Shown here piece after piece: positions 39,271-48,759 of a stretch of 64,000 bases of DNA (positions are counted from its first letter, which is position 1; every line of letters begins with the position of its first letter). The notes beneath the pieces were generated by a model that saw nothing but the letters and a program-made list of their open reading frames with translations, was not told where the DNA came from and did not search any database. The DNA comes from an uncultured Candidatus Actinomarina sp. GTDB taxonomy: Bacteria; Actinomycetota; Acidimicrobiia; Actinomarinales; Actinomarinaceae. A program made the position numbers and the translations under genes. The stretch is taken from NCBI GenBank assembly GCA_902634185.1, contig CACPJC010000002.1, positions 64,001-128,000 on the forward strand, read 5' to 3'.

Positions 39271-40545
39271 TCAAGAAATAATGATTTTTACATCTTTTCT
39301 TGGGTATGGAATGGGTGCAGGGTTAATACTTAAAGGTTCTGAAGACGATATATTATCAAAGTTTGTCACAAGTTTGTAAATCACATTTTTAAAGAGATAG
39401 CTAGCAAAAAATTTACCTAAACAAGTATGAGCTCCACCTGAAAATGGAAAGTACGAATCATTAATTTCATCTGTATCTAAAAATCGTTCTGGATTATAGG
39501 TATCCGGTCTATCCCAGTATCTTTCATCGTTATGAAGTACCAAAGGACCGATAGCAACGTACGTTCCGCCATCAAGTTTATAATTTTCAACTTCTGTATC
39601 TCTCATTACATAACGAACTGAAAATGGAACTGGGGGATATTTTCTCATAGCTTCAGAAAATAAAGATTCAGCTTTTAGGCCGTTCTTTAGATCTGCGATA
39701 TCTGTCAAAGAAATACCATTTGATTCATCCTTCAATTGTTCATAAAAATTTTTATTTGTTGAAAGATGGTGTATTGCAGATGTAAGCGTACTAGTTGTTG
39801 TATCGTGTGCAGCAAGCAAAAGAAAAATCATATGTTCTGCTATTTCATAATTGCTTAAACCTGTTTCATGTTTATTTGTTTTTACTAGTTCAGAAAAAAG
39901 TGTTTTTTTGTCAATATCAACTGTTTCTGCTTTTTTTTGAAAATAGGTAAGTAATTCCTGTCTTGCTTTTAAACCTTTTTTTAATTTTGTAAAAGGTAAT
40001 GGAGTCCTTACAACAGACGTCGCAGATTTGATTGAATCTGTAAACAATCTTTCTAACTCTTTCAATCGCGAGTTATCTATTTCATCAAAAAATAATTCAA
40101 TTGAGATCTTAAACATTAACCCTTTCATAGTTTCATATAAATTAAATGATTTTTTAGATTTAAGATTTTCAATCCACTCATCAAGAATTGGTTGAATGAT
40201 ATGTAAATAATTTACTAGTGCATCTCTTCTAAATGAATCCTGTAAAAGCCCTCTATGAAACTTATGATCATCAAAATCTCTCAACATTAAACCATTCTCA
40301 AAAGCTTTACCTAAAGAAAATTCCCAACCATGTTTTGATGAAAAATTATCTTCAGGGTCTAAGTAAATATGTTTTGTCGCGGATGGGGACATAAACATTG
40401 TGACTCTTTCATTAAGTATCGATATTTCGAATACATCACCATATTTCACTTGAAGATCTTGAATTAAAGACAAAGCATCATTATTAAATTTGATTGAGTG
40501 ACCAAATATAGGATTTCCCTTATCTAGCGGAGGTTTTGTCATCAT
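39271..40545 (-). CDS. Cytochrome P450
   Basis: AAHDTT, EAMR..PP, PERF, FSGGAHTCLG. Confidence 0.95.
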   Translation of the reverse strand: MMTKPPLDKGNPIFGHSIKFNNDALSLIQDLQVKYGDVFEISILNERVTMFMSPSATKHIYLDPEDNFSSKHGWEFSLGKAFENGLMLRDFDDHKFHRGLLQDSFRRDALVNYLHIIQPILDEWIENLKSKKSFNLYETMKGLMFKISIELFFDEIDNSRLKELERLFTDSIKSATSVVRTPLPFTKLKKGLKARQELLTYFQKKAETVDIDKKTLFSELVKTNKHETGLSNYEIAEHMIFLLLAAHDTTTSTLTSAIHHLSTNKNFYEQLKDESNGISLTDIADLKNGLKAESLFSEAMRKYPPVPFSVRYVMRDTEVENYKLDGGTYVAIGPLVLHNDERYWDRPDTYNPERFLDTDEINDSYFPFSGGAHTCLGKFFASYLFKNVIYKLVTNFDNISSSEPLSINPAPIPYPRKDVKIIIS

Positions 40546-40573
40546 ATAAAAATAACTTTATTAAAAATATATG

Positions 40574-40664
40574 AAAAAAGCAAAAATCCCGATTGATCTT
40601 GCGACCCTTCGGGATTTTTTATTCTATCTTCTTTTCTATCTTGCGATTTCTTTTCCGATAGTTT
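40574..40664 (-). ncRNA. Candidate structured small RNA, copy 2 of twin pair
   Basis: Promoter TTGCGT-17-TATATT; same fold with compensatory ATC-GCAA-GAT; identical terminator hairpin. Confidence 0.6.
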
Positions 40665-40727
40665 CTATAAATATAGGTATGTAAAGTAATTTACGCAAAA
40701 TATTTTCTAATCTATTTTTCGCGAACT

Positions 40728-41183
40728 TTAATCAGGAATAGCTGATTTTATCTCATTCAATAGGAGTTCTAATTCACGATTATCAATATGTTTTATAACC
40801 ACTGCATATGATTTTTCTTGAAATGAAAAAATAATCGTATCTTCATCTCTTTCTTCAATGTTGGTTATTTCATCTACGGCATTAATTACTGACAGTATTT
40901 TTTCTTGTGTCTTAAGAGCTATTTTTCCATTTTTGATTTCTATAACTGGTTGAAAGAATGCTTGAAGAGAAATAATTATCTGGAAAAAACCAAAAAATAA
41001 AATGAGGTAATAAAGACTTTCCTCTCTATTGTTAGAACCAAATTCTTCAAGATCAAAATAACGTTTTAAAATTTCTCTTAATGGACCTTCTAGGATATTG
41101 TCAATGGAAACATATGAAAGAAAAATACCATTCAAAAGTTTTGAAAAGAATTTATTTTTTTTTCGTAAAAATTTTTTTTCCAT
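40728..41183 (-). CDS. Hypothetical membrane protein
   Basis: ORF track; two hydrophobic segments plus a PH-like tail. Confidence 0.6.
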   Translation of the reverse strand: MEKKFLRKKNKFFSKLLNGIFLSYVSIDNILEGPLREILKRYFDLEEFGSNNREESLYYLILFFGFFQIIISLQAFFQPVIEIKNGKIALKTQEKILSVINAVDEITNIEERDEDTIIFSFQEKSYAVVIKHIDNRELELLLNEIKSAIPD

Positions 41184-41234
41184 AAATTTGATTCTATTAC
41201 CTACAGAATACTCAAGTATAGCTATTGTTTAAAT

Positions 41235-41930
41235 ATGGAAATTGTTCTAATTAGACACGGTCAACCAAAATGGGTTGATGGTGATCAATATGATCTTAAT
41301 CCTGGCTTAACTGAACTTGGAAAGATACAAGCAGATAAATCTGCTTCATTATTTTCTGAAAATAGCTTTGATGAGCTTTGGGTATCACCATTGAAAAGAG
41401 CCCAGGAAACAATGTATCCTTTTAAAGAAAAAGGGGTAGCGCAAATCCTTAAAACTTTTGATTGGCTCGAGGAAGCCCTTGATGATGAAGAAAAAGAACT
41501 TTTTGGCAAATCCGGTGGTGACATAGAAAAGTTTTTTGAACAGAGAAATGCTATGTCATTCGAGCAGTGGTACGAAAGTGTTCATGGTGAATATATGAAA
41601 GGATTTAGCTCAAATATATTTAATAATCTTGATAAGAATTTAAATTCGATTGGGATCACAAAAGTAAAAAATGACTTTGATTCATTGTTTAATCTAAGTG
41701 AATCCAAAATTGAAAAGCTATTAATCATTTCACATGCTGGAACAATGTCAGCCTTGCTCTCATATTTCTTAGATTTAGATTTGTTTCCTTGGACCTGGCG
41801 AAAATATCTTCCAAGACATGCTGGCCATACTACCTTAAAATCAAGTCAAATATCATCGGGACACTTTTTTCGATTAAAAGAATTCAATAATGTAACATTC
41901 TTAAATTCCGAAGAAGAAAAAACATATTAA
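41235..41930 (+). CDS. Histidine phosphatase family protein
   Basis: LIRHG, SPLKRAQET, SHAG. Confidence 0.9.
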   Translation: MEIVLIRHGQPKWVDGDQYDLNPGLTELGKIQADKSASLFSENSFDELWVSPLKRAQETMYPFKEKGVAQILKTFDWLEEALDDEEKELFGKSGGDIEKFFEQRNAMSFEQWYESVHGEYMKGFSSNIFNNLDKNLNSIGITKVKNDFDSLFNLSESKIEKLLIISHAGTMSALLSYFLDLDLFPWTWRKYLPRHAGHTTLKSSQISSGHFFRLKEFNNVTFLNSEEEKTY

Positions 41931-41955
41931 AAATTAAAGTAATAAAATTCTTTAT

Positions 41956-42624
41956 ATGACGTATACAAAGATACTTCCTGACGTAGATATTCCAACAAAT
42001 ACTCCAAGAAAGAAAAGATTTTTTCTTCAAAAATTAGCATATTTCCTATTACTTTTTGAAGATATAAAAGCTGTTGGGAGCTTTCTTGATAATAAAAGAG
42101 TTATAGTTGTTGCTGCACCGCATCAATCTTTTAAAGATGAATATCTTATGATTCTTATGATCTTAGCTTTAGATATTAAAGTTTCCTATCTTTCTGCTAA
42201 GTGGACAATGCGTAAACTGCCAAACCCTTTTACAAATGCAAAAGACATTGATAATCAAGGAATCAGTTGGCCACTAGGATGGCTGCAGGAAAGATTATTT
42301 AAAAGGTTTGGAGCAATTCCTGTTGATAGGAAAGAAGGCTCTGGTCAGTATGATCTTGTCATTAATGAACTAAAGAAAATTGATAATTTTTTACTAATTG
42401 TTACACCAGAAGGAAGGTTTGATGCAGAGAGGTTTAGATCTAGCTTTGTGTATCTTGCAAAAGAACTTGAGGCTGAAGTAATGCCAGTACAAATTGACTA
42501 TGAAAATAGACAATTAAAATTTCTACCATCATTTGATATGGCTGGAACAAAAGATGACATCATCAAAAGGATGCGATTAAAATTTGATGGTATAAGAGGT
42601 AAAAAGAAAATATTTAGAGCTTGA
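41956..42624 (+). CDS. PlsC-like acyltransferase
   Basis: APHQSFKD, GAIPVDR, TPEG. Confidence 0.87.
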   Translation: MTYTKILPDVDIPTNTPRKKRFFLQKLAYFLLLFEDIKAVGSFLDNKRVIVVAAPHQSFKDEYLMILMILALDIKVSYLSAKWTMRKLPNPFTNAKDIDNQGISWPLGWLQERLFKRFGAIPVDRKEGSGQYDLVINELKKIDNFLLIVTPEGRFDAERFRSSFVYLAKELEAEVMPVQIDYENRQLKFLPSFDMAGTKDDIIKRMRLKFDGIRGKKKIFRA

Positions 42625-43424
42625 TGGAAGAAAAAATCTACAGCCTTATTCGTGATAGAGGGCCATGGTTCCTTAAAAAAAATATTTTTTCAAAATTGAT
42701 ATTTAATTTTTTATCAAAGTATTTACGTATTGATGAATCTATCTATGTTGGTGACCATATACAAAGTATGTCGGGACCTGAAGCTTTTGAATGGCTTGGA
42801 GATACATATACAAAAAATTGTGAAGTAAGTGGATTGAATAATATTCCTGAAGACGGAAAATGTTTAATTGTTGCAAATCATCCAATGGGCCCTGCTGATG
42901 CTGTGGCAATGTATCATAATGTCTACAAAAAAAGAAAAGATACATTCTTTTTTGCAAATGAATTATTTGTTTATTTACTAGGTGCATTTGATGACATGAT
43001 GGCTCCTGTTATTTGGGATAAAGAAAAACAAATACATAAAGCAACAAAAAAAACCATTCAAAGAATGAGAACATTTTTTTCTCAGGAAAGAATTGGAATA
43101 TTGTTTCCATCTGGAAGATTATCGAAATTTACTATCTTTGGTTTGGAGGAAAGGCCTTGGCAAAAAACACCCATAAACATTGCCGAGAGAAATGATTGCT
43201 TATTAATCCCGGCATATATACAAGGACGAAATTCATGGTTTTTTTATTTCGCTTCAATGATAAATAAGCAGTTAAGAGATATATCCCAATTAAATGAACT
43301 TCTAAACAAGAAAAATAAAAAAATAAGAATAATCATTGGAGAACCAGTTTCTAGAAATCAATTACCTGAGAATGATGGGGATGCAATCAAAGAATTAAAG
43401 AAATTATCTGATTCGTTAAAATAA
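42621..43424 (+). CDS. Acyltransferase (PlsC fold, putative hemolysin-like)
   Basis: VANHPMGPAD, LFPSG, GRNS..FY. Confidence 0.85.
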   Translation: MMEEKIYSLIRDRGPWFLKKNIFSKLIFNFLSKYLRIDESIYVGDHIQSMSGPEAFEWLGDTYTKNCEVSGLNNIPEDGKCLIVANHPMGPADAVAMYHNVYKKRKDTFFFANELFVYLLGAFDDMMAPVIWDKEKQIHKATKKTIQRMRTFFSQERIGILFPSGRLSKFTIFGLEERPWQKTPINIAERNDCLLIPAYIQGRNSWFFYFASMINKQLRDISQLNELLNKKNKKIRIIIGEPVSRNQLPENDGDAIKELKKLSDSLK

Positions 43425-43431
43425 TTACTTT

Positions 43432-44421
43432 TTAGGAAACAGTCTCTCCAGTAGAAGGACTAACTCCAAGATTTCCAACCATATATCCGAACAGCAACGG
43501 TGTTGTTACTAATCCTCCAAGTCCATAAAATCTCCATGAAAGCTCATAACCACCTGTTATTTCAATTAATAATATGTATAACACAACAGTAAAGCCATAA
43601 AGTGAACCTACTAGAGCTGTAGATATTTGAATTTTTCTATCATGATTAGTTTTGTAATACCAAGTAGCTATTTGATTGACGAAGAAAGCTATAAACGCAC
43701 CTGCTATAAAAGTTCCAATTAATAATTGGAAGTCTCCAAGTAAAAAAATTAAAGCTTGATACATGAATGAAATTAAGAATATTAATGCCATATTTCTTGG
43801 AGAAACATTAAATCTAATTGCATAAACAAAAACAACCGAACCAAGCATGGCTTGAAAAAATACTGATGCTGCAGAAAATGCTTGGTAGATAAATTCATTA
43901 TTTTGAAAAAACATATATGGCTCAAAAAATGGGTTCACAAATTGAGTAATATAAACCACTAATGCATAGCTTGAAGCTAGAGCAAATATGGAAGCTGTAT
44001 CTAAATGTTCTCTATCTGGTCTAGATGCAAAAACATGATCTAACATTAAAAATGCTCCTAAGAATAACATAAGGTGAGAAGGTGTAATTAATGGTTCTAT
44101 GCCAACCTCAATACCAAGCAAAGTATGCCATATAGCATCCGAACCTCCACCAATTGCAAATATAGAAGCTCCTAATATTCCCACATCAAATTTATAATCC
44201 TTCATTTTATTTTTAACGTACACAGCAGACAAAACAACAACGCCAAAACCTGAATATAAAATACCGTGCCATGGAGTAAAAAAAGATTCAAGCTCATCTA
44301 TTACATACCTATGTGCACTGGCATCGACCCATGCTCCAATAAACATCCAAAGCATCGCAAAGATCATTAAATTTCTATATTTTGGCTCCGTGATTGGAGC
44401 TGGGGATAGTTTATTGAACAT
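43432..44421 (-). CDS. Multi-pass membrane protein with two DxxxH...TPxH motifs
   Basis: WVDASAH...FFTPWH and SDAIWH...ITPSH; ~9 TM. Confidence 0.8.
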   Translation of the reverse strand: MFNKLSPAPITEPKYRNLMIFAMLWMFIGAWVDASAHRYVIDELESFFTPWHGILYSGFGVVVLSAVYVKNKMKDYKFDVGILGASIFAIGGGSDAIWHTLLGIEVGIEPLITPSHLMLFLGAFLMLDHVFASRPDREHLDTASIFALASSYALVVYITQFVNPFFEPYMFFQNNEFIYQAFSAASVFFQAMLGSVVFVYAIRFNVSPRNMALIFLISFMYQALIFLLGDFQLLIGTFIAGAFIAFFVNQIATWYYKTNHDRKIQISTALVGSLYGFTVVLYILLIEITGGYELSWRFYGLGGLVTTPLLFGYMVGNLGVSPSTGETVS

Positions 44422-44488
44422 AGAAATATTTTATCACGAAACTTTATTCATATTTGTTTGTATCTCTTCTACAAAATAAAATTAATGT

Positions 44489-45652
44489 ATGGACAAATTT
44501 CAGAGGACTTTAACACTGAATAAATCAATCTTATTGGGCCTTAGTTCCATGATTGGTGCTGGTTTGTTTTTTAACATTTCACCTACTTCAAAAATTGCAT
44601 CTTACTCTTCAATATTAGGGTTGTTGCTCGCAGGAACTGTTGCGTTCGCAAATGCTAGTTCATCTGCCCAACTTGCAAGGCTTTTCCCTGAAACAGGAGG
44701 GACTTATCTTTATGCAAAAAATGTTCTAGGGAAGTATCCATCTTTAGTTGCTGGATATTCATTTACTATTGGTAAGTTAATTAGTTGTACTGCGGTAGCT
44801 TTAACACTTGGAAATTATCTTTATCCAGAAAATCCAAAAGTTATATCAATAATATTTATTATTTTTGTCACACTAATAAATTATTTTGGAATCTCAAAGA
44901 CTGTAAATATTGCCAGATGGTTTGTATACACAATAGTTCTAATACTTATTTTTTATATTATATCTGTTACAAGCTCCAGTAATTTTTCATTTGAGATACC
45001 TATTGGAAATGGTTTTTCATTTAAAAATCTTATTCTAAGTGCAAGTATCTGGTTCTTTGCATTTACAGGGTATTCAAGACTTGCAACATTCGGTGAAGAG
45101 GTCGATAACCCAGAAAAAATTATACCTAAGGCAATACTTGTTGGTTTAGGAATTACATTATTTTTATATGTCTCTACGTCATTTGTTACACTTGGAATTG
45201 TAAATCCAAGTATCATTGAAAATTCCTTAACTCCATTAAAAGTCGCATTTGACTTGAGTCGTTTTTCTGAGTTTTCATATCTAATTATTATTGCATCAAC
45301 TGTTGCTACAGGATCTGTGTTACTCGCTCTTTTGCCGGGGATAAGTAGGGTATTAGTAGCAATGGCAAGAGATAAAAAAATTCCAAGCTTATTTAAGACC
45401 ATCCATTCAAAACAAAATTCTGCTTATATTGCAGATATATTTGTTGGTTTTATTGTTGTGGTTGGTATTTTAAATTTTGATGTATTATCAGCTGTAAAAT
45501 TAAGTGCAATATTCATATTAATTTATTACTCAATTACAAATCTTTGTGTCATTAGGCTTGAAAAATCTAAAAGAATATTTCCTATCTTTATATCTGCATA
45601 TGGACTGCTCCTTTGTGTAGTTCTTGGAATCTTTCTTGTAATTTATTTTTAA
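44489..45652 (+). CDS. APC family amino acid permease
   Basis: SMIGAGLF, GGTYLYA, FFAFTGYSRLATFGEEV. Confidence 0.9.
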   Translation: MDKFQRTLTLNKSILLGLSSMIGAGLFFNISPTSKIASYSSILGLLLAGTVAFANASSSAQLARLFPETGGTYLYAKNVLGKYPSLVAGYSFTIGKLISCTAVALTLGNYLYPENPKVISIIFIIFVTLINYFGISKTVNIARWFVYTIVLILIFYIISVTSSSNFSFEIPIGNGFSFKNLILSASIWFFAFTGYSRLATFGEEVDNPEKIIPKAILVGLGITLFLYVSTSFVTLGIVNPSIIENSLTPLKVAFDLSRFSEFSYLIIIASTVATGSVLLALLPGISRVLVAMARDKKIPSLFKTIHSKQNSAYIADIFVGFIVVVGILNFDVLSAVKLSAIFILIYYSITNLCVIRLEKSKRIFPIFISAYGLLLCVVLGIFLVIYF

Positions 45653-45678
45653 ATCTGATCAGAGTTATTCTTATAACT

Positions 45679-45759
45679 ATGGATGTAAAAAGAATTGTTG
45701 CTCTAGCTTTTGTTCTACTTATCCCTATGTTTGTAGGTTTTCTATATTTAATGCTATAG
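45679..45759 (+). CDS. 26-aa single-TM microprotein (not in ORF track)
   Basis: MDVKRIVALAFVLLIPMFVGFLYLML; TATTCT 7 nt upstream fits a leaderless start. Confidence 0.45.
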   Translation: MDVKRIVALAFVLLIPMFVGFLYLML

Positions 45760-45800
45760 TTTCACAAACACAATATATTTGTGAAAATTTTTGCACAATC

Positions 45801-45829
45801 TTGCATGTTTGTGATACAAAATCTATAAT
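45801..45829 (+). promoter_or_regulatory. Near-consensus housekeeping sigma promoter
   Basis: TTGCAT-17 nt-TATAAT. Confidence 0.65.
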
Positions 45830-45835
45830 TAATCT

Positions 45836-45900
45836 ATAGGCCGACTGCTTGTATGCGTTATTGAGTCACTCAAACACTCTTCCAAATGTAGTTGGCCTAT
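45836..45900 (+). ncRNA. Candidate 65-nt structured RNA
   Basis: 13-bp closing stem ATAGGCCGACTGC/GTAGTTGGCCTAT (two G-U pairs) starting at the predicted TSS; inner TTGAG-TCA-CTCAA hairpin. Confidence 0.45.
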
Positions 45901-45916
45901 GCTCTAAAATGATCCT

Positions 45917-46408
45917 ATGAACAATATTCTATCTATTAAGAGAACTAAGAAGCTTGATTTTTCTAAAGATGAAGTCTGGAATGTAATAACAACGCCAAAT
46001 TATTTAAATGAGACTCATCCATTTTGTAAAAATAATACTGTTGTCACCTGGCCGGGTATCGGGTCGAAGGATACCTTAGAGTATTTAAGTGGGCTTACTT
46101 TTGAAAGAGAGTTTACCGATTGGGATGAAAATGGTTACGATTTAATAATTGGTACCAAAAAAGGAAAAAAATCAAAAGTCAAATGGAGGTTATCTGGTGA
46201 CGATATTTCATCTGAGTTATCAATTCAAGTCAATACTTATCCCCTTAAAAAATTTCCAGGTCCCTTATATATTATTCCCTTTGTTTTTCAAATTAATCCT
46301 CTGTTGAGTCGTTATCTAGATTCAGTTTTAGGAGGAATTGAATATTTTTTAAAGAATAAAAAGGCAGTTCCAAGAAATCATTTTGGAACTCATAAATGGT
46401 TTTCTTAA
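45917..46408 (+). CDS. SRPBCC/START-like domain protein
   Basis: S.DEVWNVIT.P..L..HPFC pattern; TAAAAT 6 nt upstream. Confidence 0.7.
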   Translation: MNNILSIKRTKKLDFSKDEVWNVITTPNYLNETHPFCKNNTVVTWPGIGSKDTLEYLSGLTFEREFTDWDENGYDLIIGTKKGKKSKVKWRLSGDDISSELSIQVNTYPLKKFPGPLYIIPFVFQINPLLSRYLDSVLGGIEYFLKNKKAVPRNHFGTHKWFS

Positions 46409-46409
46409 G

Positions 46410-46448
46410 TTAGTTTTCGTCTTCGCATCCGCACTCTGGACAAAACAT
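46410..46448 (-). CDS. 12-aa Cys-rich micropeptide MFCPECGCEDEN
   Basis: AAGGAG RBS 5 nt upstream, within the end of the PPOX gene; GC-rich codons in an AT-rich gap. Confidence 0.45.
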   Translation of the reverse strand: MFCPECGCEDEN

Positions 46449-46450
46449 AT

Positions 46451-46819
46451 TTACTCCTTTTCTTGAATTTTAATTATTGCACGATTTTCGTTGGAACCTC
46501 GTATAAACATTTTAGACATTGAACCATACTTTTTAATTATTTTATCCAAAGCTGCTTGTTTATTTTCTTTATCATCAATGATTGATGCATTTACATCAAG
46601 TGGATCTGAAAGAGTACTACTGCCAATCTGATCTGTAACATAAATTGTTGCTCTACCATTGTTATTTATTCTTTTCACTTTTCCAGCTGATTTACTAGAA
46701 GTAATAACTAAATAATTTTCATGTTTTGCAACCCATACAGGTGTCTTTACAGAGGTGTTATCTTTTTTATAAGTGATTAAGTTAATATATTCATGGTCTC
46801 CAAAATCTAATAAGTTCAT
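46451..46819 (-). CDS. PPOX-class F420-dependent oxidoreductase
   Basis: YINLITYKKD...TPVW...GKVKRI.NN...KKYG. Confidence 0.85.
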   Translation of the reverse strand: MNLLDFGDHEYINLITYKKDNTSVKTPVWVAKHENYLVITSSKSAGKVKRINNNGRATIYVTDQIGSSTLSDPLDVNASIIDDKENKQAALDKIIKKYGSMSKMFIRGSNENRAIIKIQEKE

Positions 46820-46940
46820 ATCTAGAAATAGTTTAACAAAAGTGAAGGTAGTTGAATTAACCTTCTAGCAAGATAAGCATCAGAAAATAAGAGATATAAA
46901 AAAATAACAAGAAAAATTATCAGTCTAATATTATTTTTTT

Positions 46941-48053
46941 TCACTTATTCTTTATCGGGTTTCTCAAACCAAACAAAGGACGTAAGATTTTAAAATTCTT
47001 TATGGAATGATAAAAAGTAAGGCTACAAAAACAGATTAAAAATAAAATTAAAAAATATTTTAGTAATGGATTAATTCCCCAACCTCCTAACCAAATCATT
47101 AATACATGTTGAATAGGGAGGTGGACAATATAAACAGGAAATATTGCTTGTTTGTAATAATCAAGTTGGCTTGATGATTTATTTAGAAAGTTTGCCGAAA
47201 TACCAAGTAAAAAAAAGATAAAGTTATAAGATTCAAAAGCTACTAATGCCCCATTGATATCTTGAAAATCATTTAATAACCTGTTGATGTATAAAATTAT
47301 TCCTAGGGTTAGATTAAATCGCCAATTGTACTCAAGGGCTATCCAAAAATCTTTCTCCTGAGACACCATAATTATTCCAATACCAAACCATAGAAATCCG
47401 AGGATTAAACCGTGAAGAGTATCCATATATGCAATATAAAAGTTGTAACCGTACCAGATAGGAAGTGAGTCAAGTAGATAACCTTCTAAAACAATAGGAA
47501 GAGCAAAGAAAAACATCCCAAACCTATTTTTTAAGAGGTTAGTGACTAATCTATTTTTTTTTGAAAATAAAGATAATTTTCTAGCAAATAAAAGGTAAAT
47601 AAAACTGTATAAAAGAATATTAAACAGAAACCATAAATGTCCGTCTTCAGGGAACCAAAGTATTTCAGACTCTCCTTTTGTATTCCAGAAATAAGTTACT
47701 AGCAACAAGGATGCAGAGCCAAAGGTAAAGATACCAAAAACATAGGGAATTCCTAAAACTTTTAATCTTTCAATTAATAATACTTTTGGTTTTCTATTTG
47801 CGAATGAGTATCTGAAGGCAATTCCTGAAATTAAAAATAAAATTGGTATACGCCATGTATTTATGAGTTCCATAAATAAACCAAGATAATCAAAATTCTT
47901 ATTATTAGGTATAAACCAATACGGGGACCAAGATACAAATGACCAAGCTAAGTGATATGCAATTAATAAAAACATAGCAATCACTCTAAGAGAATCAATG
48001 TCATGCCTTCTGTCTTTATAATAAGTCAAGGATTCTTTGTCATTTTCATTCAT
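46941..48053 (-). CDS. Acyltransferase 3 family (OpgC/MdoC-like)
   Basis: RRHDIDSLRVIA...YH, WRIPILFLISG, HLWFL, PVYIVH. Confidence 0.88.
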   Translation of the reverse strand: MNENDKESLTYYKDRRHDIDSLRVIAMFLLIAYHLAWSFVSWSPYWFIPNNKNFDYLGLFMELINTWRIPILFLISGIAFRYSFANRKPKVLLIERLKVLGIPYVFGIFTFGSASLLLVTYFWNTKGESEILWFPEDGHLWFLFNILLYSFIYLLFARKLSLFSKKNRLVTNLLKNRFGMFFFALPIVLEGYLLDSLPIWYGYNFYIAYMDTLHGLILGFLWFGIGIIMVSQEKDFWIALEYNWRFNLTLGIILYINRLLNDFQDINGALVAFESYNFIFFLLGISANFLNKSSSQLDYYKQAIFPVYIVHLPIQHVLMIWLGGWGINPLLKYFLILFLICFCSLTFYHSIKNFKILRPLFGLRNPIKNK

Positions 48054-48117
48054 ATATAAAACTTTAAGCCTTTATCGAATGTATTTTAAATTAGGTCTTA
48101 GGGTATTATTTTACTTT

Positions 48118-48759
48118 TTAAATTGTGTTTCCAGCCTTAAAATCAACAAATTGTTTTAGCGCATATGGCTCACCATAATAATCGTCAAACCCATTCATCA
48201 ATGGCATAAACTTTTCATATATATTTTCTTCACTATTCAGTTTTTCATCAAAATCATGCTTTGCATCATGAGAATCCCAAAATTCAAATAAAACTATATT
48301 TTCTTCATCGACCTTAAAAGCTCCATAGGAGATAATTCCTTCATCTTCTTCAAGTTTTGGTAAATAAATTTCTTTTTGGAGTTCCATATAATCATCGGCA
48401 TTTTTAACTTCTAATTTTGCAAATGCTAAAAACATGGACTCTTTTGGCTCTTTGATTAATGAATCTTTTAAAGTTTTTCCGGTGATCAATTCACCTTCAT
48501 ACACTCTTGGAAAACTATCAAGTAAATCTTGGATTTGCATTAAATTTTCATTTCTAATTGCTGCAAATTTATCTGCTGTTTCTTTATCTTTCATAAATGC
48601 GATACCTAGGTTTACATTATCTTTTGGATTAAAGAACGCGATTGAATACATATCACCTTTAAGAGGTTCTAAAGCTGGGAAGCCAGAGTTTTCAAAAAAA
48701 TCTTTGAGCTCCCCTAGCTTCCCATCTTTAAATAAAATTGTTACTGCAACCGCATACAT
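48118..48759 (-). CDS. Double ABM-like protein, paralog 4
   Basis: Start MYAVAV at 48759 (TAATG overlap with upstream stop); EFWDS, C-terminal FVDFKAG. Confidence 0.75.
   Translation of the reverse strand: MYAVAVTILFKDGKLGELKDFFENSGFPALEPLKGDMYSIAFFNPKDNVNLGIAFMKDKETADKFAAIRNENLMQIQDLLDSFPRVYEGELITGKTLKDSLIKEPKESMFLAFAKLEVKNADDYMELQKEIYLPKLEEDEGIISYGAFKVDEENIVLFEFWDSHDAKHDFDEKLNSEENIYEKFMPLMNGFDDYYGEPYALKQFVDFKAGNTI

Noticed and set aside
39090-39281. 63-aa + strand ORF over repeat copy 1
   Set aside because: In copy 2 the equivalent frame stops early, while conservation follows RNA structure and promoter elements on the minus strand
39105-40729. Repeats as IS ends, MITEs or att sites
   Set aside because: No transposase or integrase, no terminal inverted repeats or target duplication seen; divergence pattern fits promoter plus RNA
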